A program made the position numbers and the translations under genes. 64,000 nucleotides of DNA, taken from NCBI GenBank assembly GCA_963797115.1, contig CAWCOH010000002.1, forward strand, positions 643,168-707,167. Direction: 5' to 3'. Shown piece by piece: positions 50,570-59,180 of this stretch. Source of the DNA: an uncultured Alphaproteobacteria bacterium (GTDB lineage Bacteria; Pseudomonadota; Alphaproteobacteria; ATCC43930; CGMCC-115725). Every line of letters starts with the position of its first letter. Position 1 is the first letter of the stretch. The notes beneath the pieces were generated by a model. That model saw only the letters and a list, made by a program, of their open reading frames with translations. It searched no databases and was not told the origin of the DNA.

Positions 50570-50732
50570 AAGGCCGGGACCGATTATGTCCTGCGGCTCG
50601 CCGCGGGTCGACCGCTACCGCGCCGGCACAGAACCGCGGGGGCTGCCTTCTGGAGGCGGCGTACTCGCTGTTTTGCTGTTATTTACAGGAAATTATCAGC
50701 GATCAATCACACCCACCATGGCCGTGCGCTGG

Positions 50733-50972
50733 CTACGGGACATCGTCTCCAAGCCACAGCGGGAAGCATCCGCTTTTGCCGCGCACCCAATCAGCCCGAT
50801 TGCTGATAGCGTTATTCTGCTTCGCACGGATCGCGTTCCGTCCCCGCTCGGCATATTCCGCCCATTTCATGTTGCGGCGACCTCGGCTCAACAGCCGCCG
50901 CTTGACGACCTCCAGCGGGATCGGCGTCATGGCAATGCGATGCCGAGCCTGAGCGTACGTTTCGCTCATCAC
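50733..50972 (-). CDS. hypothetical small protein
   Basis: 79-aa ORF with coding-like third-position GC. No recognisable motif, and a plus-strand ORF overlaps it. Confidence 0.3.
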   Translation of the reverse strand: MMSETYAQARHRIAMTPIPLEVVKRRLLSRGRRNMKWAEYAERGRNAIRAKQNNAISNRADWVRGKSGCFPLWLGDDVP

Positions 50973-51328
50973 GCGGCTACCCCTCGCGCCACCTGAAAAT
51001 ACAGGTGGGATTCAGGCTCGACCCAACCCAGAGTTCACTGGTCTGCATCATAATCCAGACCCGGAAGCGCCAAACCATCCGCAATCGCGTGCATCACGTC
51101 TCACGTCATCCCATTGAGTAAAAATCGGCAGAAATACCGAGCAGCCCTCCCAGCTGTGGAGCGGAATTCGCAACGTAGCATATCATTATGGTATTGTCAA
51201 CAAGGTGACCCTGACCTACGGCGAGTTGGCCATCGCAGCAGGAACTTGCGCACAGCCCTTGCGCGCCTCCGGACGTCTGCTATATTCTATCGTTCGATGG
51301 ATTGATCAAATCACTTGGTTCGGCATCA

Positions 51329-51700
51329 ATGCACGGCGGGCATCAGTCGCGTCCTCCGGTTCGCCTTCCGCCGCGGGCACAGATCGAGGCCGCCGCCGAG
51401 ATGTTCCGCGCGCTCGGCGATCCCGAACGGCTCCAGCTTCTGGTGCGGCTCGGCGCGGGCGAAGCTTGCGTGTCGGAGCTGGCCGAGGACGAGGGCGAGA
51501 AGATCACAACCGTATCCGCCCGCCTGAAGACGTTGTTCACGGCGCGGCTGGTCATACGGCGGCGTGAGGCGAAGCACGTCTTCTACGCCCTCGCCGACGA
51601 GCATTTGCCGCCAATGCTGAGCAACGCCATCGACCACGCGGCTGAGGGCCGCACCGCAGTGTCCGCGGGTCCCGGACATAGAAAGGATATTACCCCATGA
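51329..51700 (+). CDS. ArsR/SmtB-family metalloregulator
   Basis: AAAEMFRALGDPERLQLLVRLGAGEACVSELAEDEGEKITTVSARLKTLFTARLVIRRREAKHVFYAL is the ArsR wHTH with a CVSEL metal or HTH element. The start is set at ATG 51329. Its stop overlaps the next start (ATGA). Confidence 0.9.
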   Translation: MHGGHQSRPPVRLPPRAQIEAAAEMFRALGDPERLQLLVRLGAGEACVSELAEDEGEKITTVSARLKTLFTARLVIRRREAKHVFYALADEHLPPMLSNAIDHAAEGRTAVSAGPGHRKDITP

Positions 51701-52050
51701 CGACCTGCTCCGAGCCGACCCATCCCGACCATGCCCACCAGCACGGACCGAGTTGTGGCCACCCTGCCGTCCGCCACAGCGGCCACGTTGATTATTTGCA
51801 TGACGGTCACCTCCACCATCCGCACGAAGGCCATGTCGATGAGCACGTGATCGAGGTCTCCGGCGAGAACCCCGACATGTGCACGTCCGACCATCGTTGC
51901 GGCGGGCACGATGCGGGCCATGTCCACGGGCCCGGCTGCGGACATGAAGCGGTGCCGCACGGTGATCACACCGACTACCATGTCAGCGGCCACCTTCATC
52001 ATCCGCATGGCGGCCACTGCGACGACCATGGCCCATTGACGGCCGCCTGA
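51697..52050 (+). CDS. His/Cys-rich putative metal-binding protein with an internal duplication
   Basis: 117 aa, roughly a quarter His. Two copies of HGP(S/G)CGH.AV.H..H.DY...GHLHHPH.GH.D(E/D)H. Translationally coupled to the ArsR gene. Confidence 0.75.
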   Translation: MTTCSEPTHPDHAHQHGPSCGHPAVRHSGHVDYLHDGHLHHPHEGHVDEHVIEVSGENPDMCTSDHRCGGHDAGHVHGPGCGHEAVPHGDHTDYHVSGHLHHPHGGHCDDHGPLTAA

Positions 52051-52179
52051 GGTCGGGGAGCGCTCACGGGGGGCGCCGCCGCGCGAGGCCATTGTCATCC
52101 CCCATGTCCAGGATGGCGGACAGGCGTGCTGTAGCCCTGATCCCGGCTATTCGAGGCTGTAAGGACATCCGAAATACTT

Positions 52180-52219
52180 GTCATTCCGGGCTTGGTCCTG
52201 CGGACCATTCCGGAATGAC
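52180..52219. repeat. REP-like palindromic element
   Basis: GTCATTCCGG (52180-52189) and CCGGAATGAC (52210-52219) form 10-bp perfect arms with a 20-nt spacer, in an intergenic position. Confidence 0.7.
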
Positions 52220-52382
52220 CAAGAAGTCAGGCGTTCACCCAGGGCATTTCCTGATTTCGTCTGGTGGACGCTCCTAGCGGTACAAACCTAACATTTGGAA
52301 CCGGAGGCCCCTCCCCAGCTCTCGTCATCCCGGCGCAGGAGGATGTAACCGAATTCCGAAATCTGGCGCTCTCCCTTCATGC

Positions 52383-52459
52383 TCGTCATTCCCGCGAAAG
52401 CGGTAACCCAGGGATTTCAGCCGCTTGCTCCTGGGTCCCCGCTTTCGCGGGGACGACGA
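52383..52459. repeat. REP-like long imperfect palindrome
   Basis: TCGTCATTCCCGCGAAAGCGG...ACCCAGG (left arm) pairs with CCTGGGT...CCGCTTTCGCGGGGACGACGA (right arm). The GTCATTCCCGCGAAAGCGG unit is a widespread proteobacterial REP motif. Confidence 0.7.
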
Positions 52460-52539
52460 ATTTGGCTGTCCGCAGGATTTCCTGACAGCCTCCTTCGCCG
52501 GTGTGACGGATCTGGGTATCATCCGTCAGAATTGCTCCA

Positions 52540-52824
52540 CTAGCGACCCACTATGACCGGGCAACCGCAAACCGGACACGTGGCCGTCAGTGAGTTCGCG
52601 GAGGGGTCTCTCGCGAGCTGCGCCTGCAATTGAGCAACCAAGGCCGCGTGGTCCGAAGGACCGGCACAACGGTTGGCATAGGCCAAACCAAGCGGGCTCT
52701 TGGGGTCCATCTCCTCGACCTGCCATGCACCGGCGGGTCGTGTAGCTGCCAAGGCGACCACGCCCTCGAGCCATGCCGCGGCATAGCGAAACAGGTCGCG
52801 GCGTCCTCGCAGGAATTCATTCAA
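52540..52824 (-). CDS. small Tat-signal protein with a C-terminal Cys cluster
   Basis: 94 aa. RGRRDLFRYAAAWLEGVVALAAT resembles a twin-arginine signal. There are four Cys (NRCAGP and TATCPVCGCP). The start overlaps the DUF1194 gene stop by 8 nt. Confidence 0.55.
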   Translation of the reverse strand: MNEFLRGRRDLFRYAAAWLEGVVALAATRPAGAWQVEEMDPKSPLGLAYANRCAGPSDHAALVAQLQAQLARDPSANSLTATCPVCGCPVIVGR

Positions 52825-53611
52825 TTTCCGATCCCCTTGGCTCCAGTGTTGTTAAGGTAATTGACCGAGATGTAGCCAGGACATTCGGCCTCCTGGCGGC
52901 GCCGCCGGCGACGTCAATTTCCTTGGCGAGCTTGTTGGCCATCGCGTCGGCAAAGGAATTGAAATCCTTGACGACGATGAGGAAGGCGTTGGGTCCGCCG
53001 ATCACGTTCTGTTTGTAATACAAGGGCAAGCCGCCGGGCGGCTGGGTGTGGGCGGAATAGCCCAGGTTGGGGCGGTCGTTGACGATCGCCAGCCCGTTAA
53101 TCGTAATGCCGCTTGCAACTGCCTGATCGCGCGCATCGGTGACGGGGCGTCCTGAATTGTTCGTCCCGTCGCCGGAGACGTCGATGATGCGCCGGGCGGC
53201 CTGCCACTTGGCTGCGGCGAAGCGCGTCATCGAGAAGTCGATCGCGGCGCCGATCGAAGTTCGCCCCATGAACGAGCGCGGGGCAGCGAGGATGGCCGCG
53301 GCGACGGTGGCCGCACCCTCCTCGTCGCGGATCTCGGTCCAGTCGACCACAACCTGCTGCTCCTCCTCGCCCGACCATTCGACGAAGCACACCCCGAGCA
53401 CTCCCTTCGCCCGGCCTTGGATCGCCGTCAAGACCCGCGGATCGGTCAGCGCCGCGGCGTAGCCTTTGCGCTGCAGATCGAATTCCGGGTCATCGATGCT
53501 GCGCGAAACATCGGCAGCGAGAACGATCTGAAGATCTGCATCGGCGGCCAGCGGCTTGCCGGAATAGGCGAAGCACGCCAGCAGCGCGGCAGCGGCGAGG
53601 GCGGATTTCAT
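52817..53611 (-). CDS. DUF1194 (vWA-fold) exported protein
   Basis: 264 aa with a signal peptide MKSALAAAALLACFAYS. DLQIVLAADVSRSID (MIDAS DxSxS), IDVSGDGTNN, ITINGLAI and NFADAMANKL fit DUF1194. Confidence 0.88.
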   Translation of the reverse strand: MKSALAAAALLACFAYSGKPLAADADLQIVLAADVSRSIDDPEFDLQRKGYAAALTDPRVLTAIQGRAKGVLGVCFVEWSGEEEQQVVVDWTEIRDEEGAATVAAAILAAPRSFMGRTSIGAAIDFSMTRFAAAKWQAARRIIDVSGDGTNNSGRPVTDARDQAVASGITINGLAIVNDRPNLGYSAHTQPPGGLPLYYKQNVIGGPNAFLIVVKDFNSFADAMANKLAKEIDVAGGAARRPNVLATSRSITLTTLEPRGSEIE

Positions 53612-53743
53612 CGGAGTTCCTCCCGTTCAATGATCTCAGAATAGGACAGGGACCGGAAGCGCGAAAGGGGCGAACATCCCAAGGGCTTCCACTTGGTCGG
53701 ATGAGTGCGTAGGAAGACAACCACCAAACACCGGTGGGTATCG

Positions 53744-54379
53744 ATGGCGCATTACCAAAAATCCCTGGCGGCCGCGGTCGTGCTCAACACGGCGATTTCT
53801 GCTGTGGAAGCCGTGAGCGGGTTCGAGTCCGGCAGCGTGAGCCTGATGATGGACGCCGCCCACAACTTGTCCGACGAGATGGCGCTGATTTTCTTGTACC
53901 TCGCTTTCATCCTAGCCCAGGGAGTGTCGCGGAACCTGCTGCGCACCGCCAACCTGTTCAACTCGCTTGGGCTGATCACGATCAGCGGTGTTCTGGTGTG
54001 GCAGGCCGTTGAGCGATTTCTGTATCCCGCTCCCGTCCAGGGGGCGATCCCGATCGTGGTGGGATCTGCCGCAGCCGTAGCGAATTGGGGGGTAGCGCGG
54101 TTGCTGTGGCAGCCGGGGCGGAACAACGCGGCAATCCGCCTGGCCTATATCCACAATATCGGTGACGTGTACGTCTCGCTCGCTCCTGTGCTAGCCGGGT
54201 TCCTGGTGATCTTTACCGAGCGACCGGTCTTCGATCCAATCATCGCAAGCGCTATAGCCCTCTGGATCATCGTCTCAACTGTGCGCGAGGTGTTGGGATC
54301 TCGCGAAGAGCTGATATGGCCCGAGAAAATAGTGTGCGGCCACCCCGGTCACGATCGACCTGGACTTGCCGCGGGGTAG
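53744..54379 (+). CDS. cation diffusion facilitator-family transporter, membrane domain only
   Basis: Starts MAHYQKSL (ATG 53744). TM2 HNLSD and TM5 HNIGD metal-site motifs and six hydrophobic segments are present. The protein ends ~25 aa after TM6, so there is no cytoplasmic C-terminal domain. Confidence 0.82.
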   Translation: MAHYQKSLAAAVVLNTAISAVEAVSGFESGSVSLMMDAAHNLSDEMALIFLYLAFILAQGVSRNLLRTANLFNSLGLITISGVLVWQAVERFLYPAPVQGAIPIVVGSAAAVANWGVARLLWQPGRNNAAIRLAYIHNIGDVYVSLAPVLAGFLVIFTERPVFDPIIASAIALWIIVSTVREVLGSREELIWPEKIVCGHPGHDRPGLAAG

Positions 54380-54561
54380 AGTTGGAAAATGATGCTCGCC
54401 GCAGCGAGCTCTCCTAACTCGATATAACCCACTACCGGAAAGGGCTTTGCTCCGCGGGAAATAGTGTTACACTGTATCGTTGGCCCGACGATGTGACCGG
54501 GGGGGGTTGGACTGACGTGCGTTTGCGTTTTGCGGCGGGGCTTCGAACAGACCAGCTGAAG

Positions 54562-54897
54562 ATGCCGACCCGGCGATGCGGGGCCGCGCTGCTCGGTATT
54601 TTTGCCATCCTCCTCCAGGCGATGCTGTTCGGCGGGCACCACCACTCGCCGCTGGTCTCTTTGCCAGGCGTGCCCGCCAACCTGGCGACCCCGGCAACCG
54701 GCCATGACGCTCCCGCACTGGCCGACAACGATTGCCAGATCTGCTTCGCGCTCGGCCATCACAGCGCCGCCCCTGTCGGCTTTGTTGCGGCGCCCCTCCC
54801 CGCTCATGTGACGTTGCGCACATCAGCGTTCGGCGCGGTCGTCTATCCCGGCGCGCCCTATCTTCTCTTCCGTTCCCGCGCACCTCCTCGCGCTTGA
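54562..54897 (+). CDS. DUF2946-like small membrane/periplasmic protein
   Basis: Start set at MPTRRCGAALLGIFAILLQAMLF (N-terminal TM). Carries HHH and CQIC motifs and sits immediately upstream of a TonB-dependent receptor, the usual DUF2946 context. Confidence 0.6.
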   Translation: MPTRRCGAALLGIFAILLQAMLFGGHHHSPLVSLPGVPANLATPATGHDAPALADNDCQICFALGHHSAAPVGFVAAPLPAHVTLRTSAFGAVVYPGAPYLLFRSRAPPRA

Positions 54898-54965
54898 GGT
54901 CGGCTTTATCCACCTGACCGAGCGCCGCGGCATCGCTACGGCGCATCTTCGACGCGAGGAGCCCG

Positions 54966-57113
54966 ATGACGAACCCGATAAGAGCGGGGGCGCGATGCGT
55001 CTCCGTGATGCCTTCTATTGCTGCTGCCCTTCTGGCTGCCGCCGCGGCCACGGCACAGGAAACTTCGCCCGCCCCCGGCAGCGTCTCGTTCGACCTCGAC
55101 GTCGTCGCCAAGCAGCTCGACATCGCGCGCACCGAGATCCAACCGAGCCTCGGCGCGACGGTCTATCAATTTGGCCGGCAGGCGATCGAAACCCAGCCGC
55201 AGGGCGACAACCAACCCTTCAATCAACTGCTGCTGCAGGCGCCGGGGGTCGCTCAGGATTCGTTCGGTCAGCTGCATATCCGCGGCGACCATGCCAATAT
55301 CCAATTCCGCGTCAATGGCGTTCAGCTGCCGGAGGGGATCAATGTCTTTGGACAGTCGCTGCAGACCCGGCTCGCCAATTCGGTGGCGCTGATCACCGGC
55401 GCGCTGCCGGCGCAATATGGGCTGCGCACCGCGGGCGTCATCGACATCCAGACCAAGACAGGAACGCTCAATCCGGGCGGTTCGCTGACGATGTATGGCG
55501 GGTCGCAGTCGACGATCTACCCGAGTGCGGAATGGGGCGGCCGGGTCGGCCAGATCGATTACTACGCAACCGCCGAATATTTGCAAAATGCGCTAGGAAT
55601 CGAGAACCCAGCACCGACCTTCAACGCGATCCACGACAACTCCCAGCAGCCCAAAGGGTTCGCCTACGTTTCCGGCATCATCGATCCGACCTCGCGACTG
55701 ACCGCCATTCTCGGCGCCTCGCGCGGCCAGTTCCAGGTCCCGCAGGTCGGCGGCCAGACCCCGGCCCTGGGGCTGACCGTCAACGGCATTAGCGACTTTC
55801 CCTCGGGGCTGATCAACGAGAACCAGCGCCAGATCAATAATTTCGGGATTCTCGCCTGGCAGAAGCGGGTCGGCGATTTCGATTTCCAGGTCGCCGGATA
55901 CTCCCGCTACAGCGACGTCTATTTCTCTCCGGGCAACCCGGTCGGCGACCTACTGTTCAACGGCATCGCCCAGACCGCCTACCGCCAGAGCTGGGCGAGC
56001 GGCGTACAGGGCGACGGCGCCTGGCGCGTCAATCCCGAGCACACGGTACGCAGCGGCTTTCTGGTGCAGCGCGAGCGCTCACCGTTCAGCACCACGTCAA
56101 GTGTCCTGCCGGTCGACCAAGACGGCACGCAAACCAGCGACGAGCCGCTCTCGCTCTTCGATTCGGGCAGCAAGACCGGATGGCTCTACAGCTACTACCT
56201 GCAGGACGAATGGAAGATCTTGCCCGGGGTCACTCTCAACTACGGCGCCCGCTACGACCAGTACGCCCAATTCGACAGCGAGCGCCAATTGAGCCCGCGG
56301 GTCAACGTGGTATGGCAACCGACGGATACGACGACATTGACGGCGGGCTATTCGCGTTACTTCGTGCCGCCCCCTTTCGAGCTCATCGCAAATACGACGG
56401 TCGATCGCTTCGCCAACACCACCGGCGCACCGCCCGGCACTCTGAACAGCGTCGCCAAGGCCGAGCGCAGCCACTACTTCGATGTCGGCGTCTCGCAGAT
56501 CATCCTGCCGGGGCTCAAGGCCGGGATCGACGCCTACTACAAGATCGCCAGCAACCTGCTCGATGAAGGGCAGTTCGGTGCCCCGATCGTGTTGACGCCG
56601 TTCAACTACCAGAAGGGGCTGGTCCGCGGTGTCGAGCTGACGCTCAGCTACGACATCGAGAACTGGTCGTTCTACGGCAACTTCGCGGCATCGAAAGCGC
56701 AGGGAAAAAACATCACGTCGGCGCAATTCAACTTTTCGCAGGACGACCTGGATTATATCGCCGGTCACTATATCCATCTGGATCACGACCAGACCTACAC
56801 CTCCTCGGCCGGCATCAAATACACGTGGCCCGTCTGGAGCACCCGGTTTGCGGTCGATTTGATCGCCGGCAGCGGCCTCAGAACCGACAGCACGGTTCCG
56901 AACGGCGCCAGCCTGCCCGGCTATCAGCAGGTCAATCTCAGCATCGTCCAGCAGATCCCCACCGGCTTTATGAAAGGCATGGAGTTTCGCTTCGACATCG
57001 TCAACCTGTTCGACCAGATCTATCAGATCCGTACCGGCGAGGGGCTCGGCGTCTTTGCGTCGCAATTCGGCCCGCGCCGGACTTTTCTCGCCGGACTGAC
57101 GCAGCGCTTCTGA
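54966..57113 (+). CDS. TonB-dependent outer-membrane receptor
   Basis: 715 aa with a signal peptide IAAALLAAAAATAQE and plug motifs (LLLQAPGV, FGQLHIRG, NGVQL). The long beta-barrel ends in the C-terminal GLTQRF. Confidence 0.93.
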   Translation: MTNPIRAGARCVSVMPSIAAALLAAAAATAQETSPAPGSVSFDLDVVAKQLDIARTEIQPSLGATVYQFGRQAIETQPQGDNQPFNQLLLQAPGVAQDSFGQLHIRGDHANIQFRVNGVQLPEGINVFGQSLQTRLANSVALITGALPAQYGLRTAGVIDIQTKTGTLNPGGSLTMYGGSQSTIYPSAEWGGRVGQIDYYATAEYLQNALGIENPAPTFNAIHDNSQQPKGFAYVSGIIDPTSRLTAILGASRGQFQVPQVGGQTPALGLTVNGISDFPSGLINENQRQINNFGILAWQKRVGDFDFQVAGYSRYSDVYFSPGNPVGDLLFNGIAQTAYRQSWASGVQGDGAWRVNPEHTVRSGFLVQRERSPFSTTSSVLPVDQDGTQTSDEPLSLFDSGSKTGWLYSYYLQDEWKILPGVTLNYGARYDQYAQFDSERQLSPRVNVVWQPTDTTTLTAGYSRYFVPPPFELIANTTVDRFANTTGAPPGTLNSVAKAERSHYFDVGVSQIILPGLKAGIDAYYKIASNLLDEGQFGAPIVLTPFNYQKGLVRGVELTLSYDIENWSFYGNFAASKAQGKNITSAQFNFSQDDLDYIAGHYIHLDHDQTYTSSAGIKYTWPVWSTRFAVDLIAGSGLRTDSTVPNGASLPGYQQVNLSIVQQIPTGFMKGMEFRFDIVNLFDQIYQIRTGEGLGVFASQFGPRRTFLAGLTQRF

Positions 57114-57211
57114 GGCGACGACATTCTCCACGAAATCGCCACGATCGCTCTCTCGTGTTCCAGGCTGCCGGTGCGCATTATTCTGCGCGTCATGGGCTTT
57201 CGATATGAAAT

Positions 57212-57904
57212 TTGCAGAGGCTTTTCGTGAACGATCCGGCGGCGTCTCTCTCGATTGTCACCCTGTTTCTCAACGCCGACCCGGTCGTCAAGGGAGTGCT
57301 GGCGTTGCTGCTCGCGGCCTCGGTGTGGAGCTGGGCGGTGATCATCGACAAGCTGTGGCGTCTCCGGGCTGCCAGCCGCTCGGCCCGCGGCCACGAGGCG
57401 CGGGCGGCGGCGGCGCAGTCGGCGCAGGAGCTGCCGCCGCCCGAACCCCGTGCCGGCGATGCGGCGGGCTTGATGCTGTCGGCCGGATGGGCCGAGAGTG
57501 CCGCTGAGCTGGCACCCAGGGCCGAGACTTTTGCCGAACGGCGAGACCGCATCGAACGCGCGATGCGGCTCGCGCTGAACGCCGAACTGCGGCGGCTCGA
57601 ATTGCGTTTGCCGTTTCTGGCGACGCTTGGTTCGGCGGCGCCGTTCATCGGTCTCTTCGGGACAGTTTGGGGAATTATGCGCAGCTTCGAAGGGATCGCC
57701 GCGGCGCACAATACCAGCCTCGCCGTCGTCGCACCCGGAATAGCCGAGGCCCTGTTCGCCACCGCGATGGGTCTCGCAGCGGCGATCCCGGCGGTGGTGG
57801 CCTATAACAAGATCACGGTTGATCTCGGCCGTTTTGCCGGGCGCATGCAGGGCCTGATCGGAAAATCGGCCGGGCTGTTGTCGAGAACCTCCTTGGAGAC
57901 TTGA
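57212..57904 (+). CDS. exbB: MotA/TolQ/ExbB proton-channel protein
   Basis: 230 aa with LATLGSAAPFIGLFGTVWGIM and PGIAEALFATAMGLAAAIPAVVAYN, the ExbB/TolQ signature helices. Confidence 0.9.
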   Translation: MQRLFVNDPAASLSIVTLFLNADPVVKGVLALLLAASVWSWAVIIDKLWRLRAASRSARGHEARAAAAQSAQELPPPEPRAGDAAGLMLSAGWAESAAELAPRAETFAERRDRIERAMRLALNAELRRLELRLPFLATLGSAAPFIGLFGTVWGIMRSFEGIAAAHNTSLAVVAPGIAEALFATAMGLAAAIPAVVAYNKITVDLGRFAGRMQGLIGKSAGLLSRTSLET

Positions 57905-57906
57905 GC

Positions 57907-58341
57907 ATGGCCGTCTCTTTGCCGCCTTCGGGCGAGGTGGGCGAAGACCGCTATCAGCCGCTTGCCGAGATCAACGTGACGCCGATGGTCGATGTCATGC
58001 TGGTGCTGCTGGTGATCTTTATGGTCACCGCCCCCCTGCTCACGGTCGGCGTGCCGCTCGATCTGCCGAAGACCCAGGCGGCGGCCCTGACCGAGCCGAA
58101 ACCCCCGGTTGTCCTGAGCTTGAACCGCAATGGCGAGCTCTTCATCGGCGACGAGCAGGTCGAACCCGGCGACCTCGAAGGCCGGCTTGCCGGGCTGGTT
58201 GCCGAAGATCCGAGCCGCATCGTTTATGTGCGGGGCGATCAGACGATCAGCTACGCGCAGCTGATGGACCTGCTCAGCATCGTCAACCGCGCCGGTTTCG
58301 CCAAAGTCTCGCTGGTCGCCGAGGCCGCCGGTACGAAGTGA
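57907..58341 (+). CDS. exbD: ExbD/TolR biopolymer transport protein
   Basis: INVTPMVDVMLVLLVIFMVTAP plus a periplasmic domain (VVLSLNRNGELFIG...VYVRGD). The ATG lies 2 nt after the exbB stop. Confidence 0.9.
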   Translation: MAVSLPPSGEVGEDRYQPLAEINVTPMVDVMLVLLVIFMVTAPLLTVGVPLDLPKTQAAALTEPKPPVVLSLNRNGELFIGDEQVEPGDLEGRLAGLVAEDPSRIVYVRGDQTISYAQLMDLLSIVNRAGFAKVSLVAEAAGTK

Positions 58342-59165
58342 GAGAGATAAGCTTTCCACTCGCTTTGTCGGTCGCTGGGCACGCCGCTTGCCTGGCGCTC
58401 CTGATCCTGCTGCTGCCGGCGACGACCCCGCCGCTGTCGGAGCCGCTCGCCCCGCGCGGGATCGCGGTGGCCTTCGAGCCCTCGTTGCCGAAGCCCGAGC
58501 AGCCGGTGGCTCCTGCGGCAGTGCCGACACCGGCCGCGCCGCCGGCCGAGGCCGAACCGCCGCCGCCCGAGCCGGAGCCCGCACCGACCCCGCCGCCCGA
58601 GCCTGAACCTGTACCGCCGCCACAGACCGAGCCGGTCGTTGCAACCGAGCCCCCGCCTCCGGCACCCGAGACCCCGATGCCGGCAGCCGAACCGCCACCG
58701 CCTCCCCCGCCCAAGCCCGCGGTCGAGCCGCCGCCAAAACCTGTTCGCCGCCGTCTGGCGAAGCCGCGACCCGGCCCGTCCAGCGAGCCCCGTGAACCAT
58801 CACCGTCCGCGATCGCGGCACAGCCGCCGCAGACCGCATACGTCCCCGCCCCGGCCCCGGCGCCGGCGCCGGCCGAGGTCAGCCCGGGCTACCGCAAGCT
58901 GCTGAGCGCCTGGCTCGAGAACCACAAACGCTATCCGGACGCGTCCCGCCAGCGCGGCGAGGAGGGGCGCGCCGTCCTGCGCTTTGCCCTCGACCGCAGC
59001 GGTCGCGTGCTCGACTTCGCTCTTGCCCAAAGCACGGGCTATCCCGACCTCGATGCCTCGCTCGAGCAAATGATGCGGGGTGCGGTGCTGCCGCCCTTTC
59101 CGGCTACCATGACCCAGCCCCGCATCGACGTGGCGGTGACGATCCGCTTCAGTCTCGCGCGGTGA
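58338..59165 (+). CDS. tonB: energy transducer TonB
   Basis: N-terminal TM, a long Pro-rich spacer (PPPEPEPAPTPPPEPEPVPPP) and a C-terminal YP..SRQRGEEGRAVLRFALDRSGRV...S.GYPDLD domain. Confidence 0.88.
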   Translation: MREISFPLALSVAGHAACLALLILLLPATTPPLSEPLAPRGIAVAFEPSLPKPEQPVAPAAVPTPAAPPAEAEPPPPEPEPAPTPPPEPEPVPPPQTEPVVATEPPPPAPETPMPAAEPPPPPPPKPAVEPPPKPVRRRLAKPRPGPSSEPREPSPSAIAAQPPQTAYVPAPAPAPAPAEVSPGYRKLLSAWLENHKRYPDASRQRGEEGRAVLRFALDRSGRVLDFALAQSTGYPDLDASLEQMMRGAVLPPFPATMTQPRIDVAVTIRFSLAR

Positions 59166-59180
59166 GAGGCAAAATGGGCG

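Noticed and set aside
56097-57131. 344-aa minus-strand ORF inside the TonB-dependent receptor gene
   Set aside because: It lies antisense to a receptor with plug motifs, a barrel and a terminal Phe. It has no motifs of its own.
57802-58839. 345-aa minus-strand ORF across exbD/tonB
   Set aside because: It lies antisense to the ExbD and TonB genes. The translation is dominated by the reverse complement of the Pro-rich TonB spacer (Gly/Ala/Arg runs).
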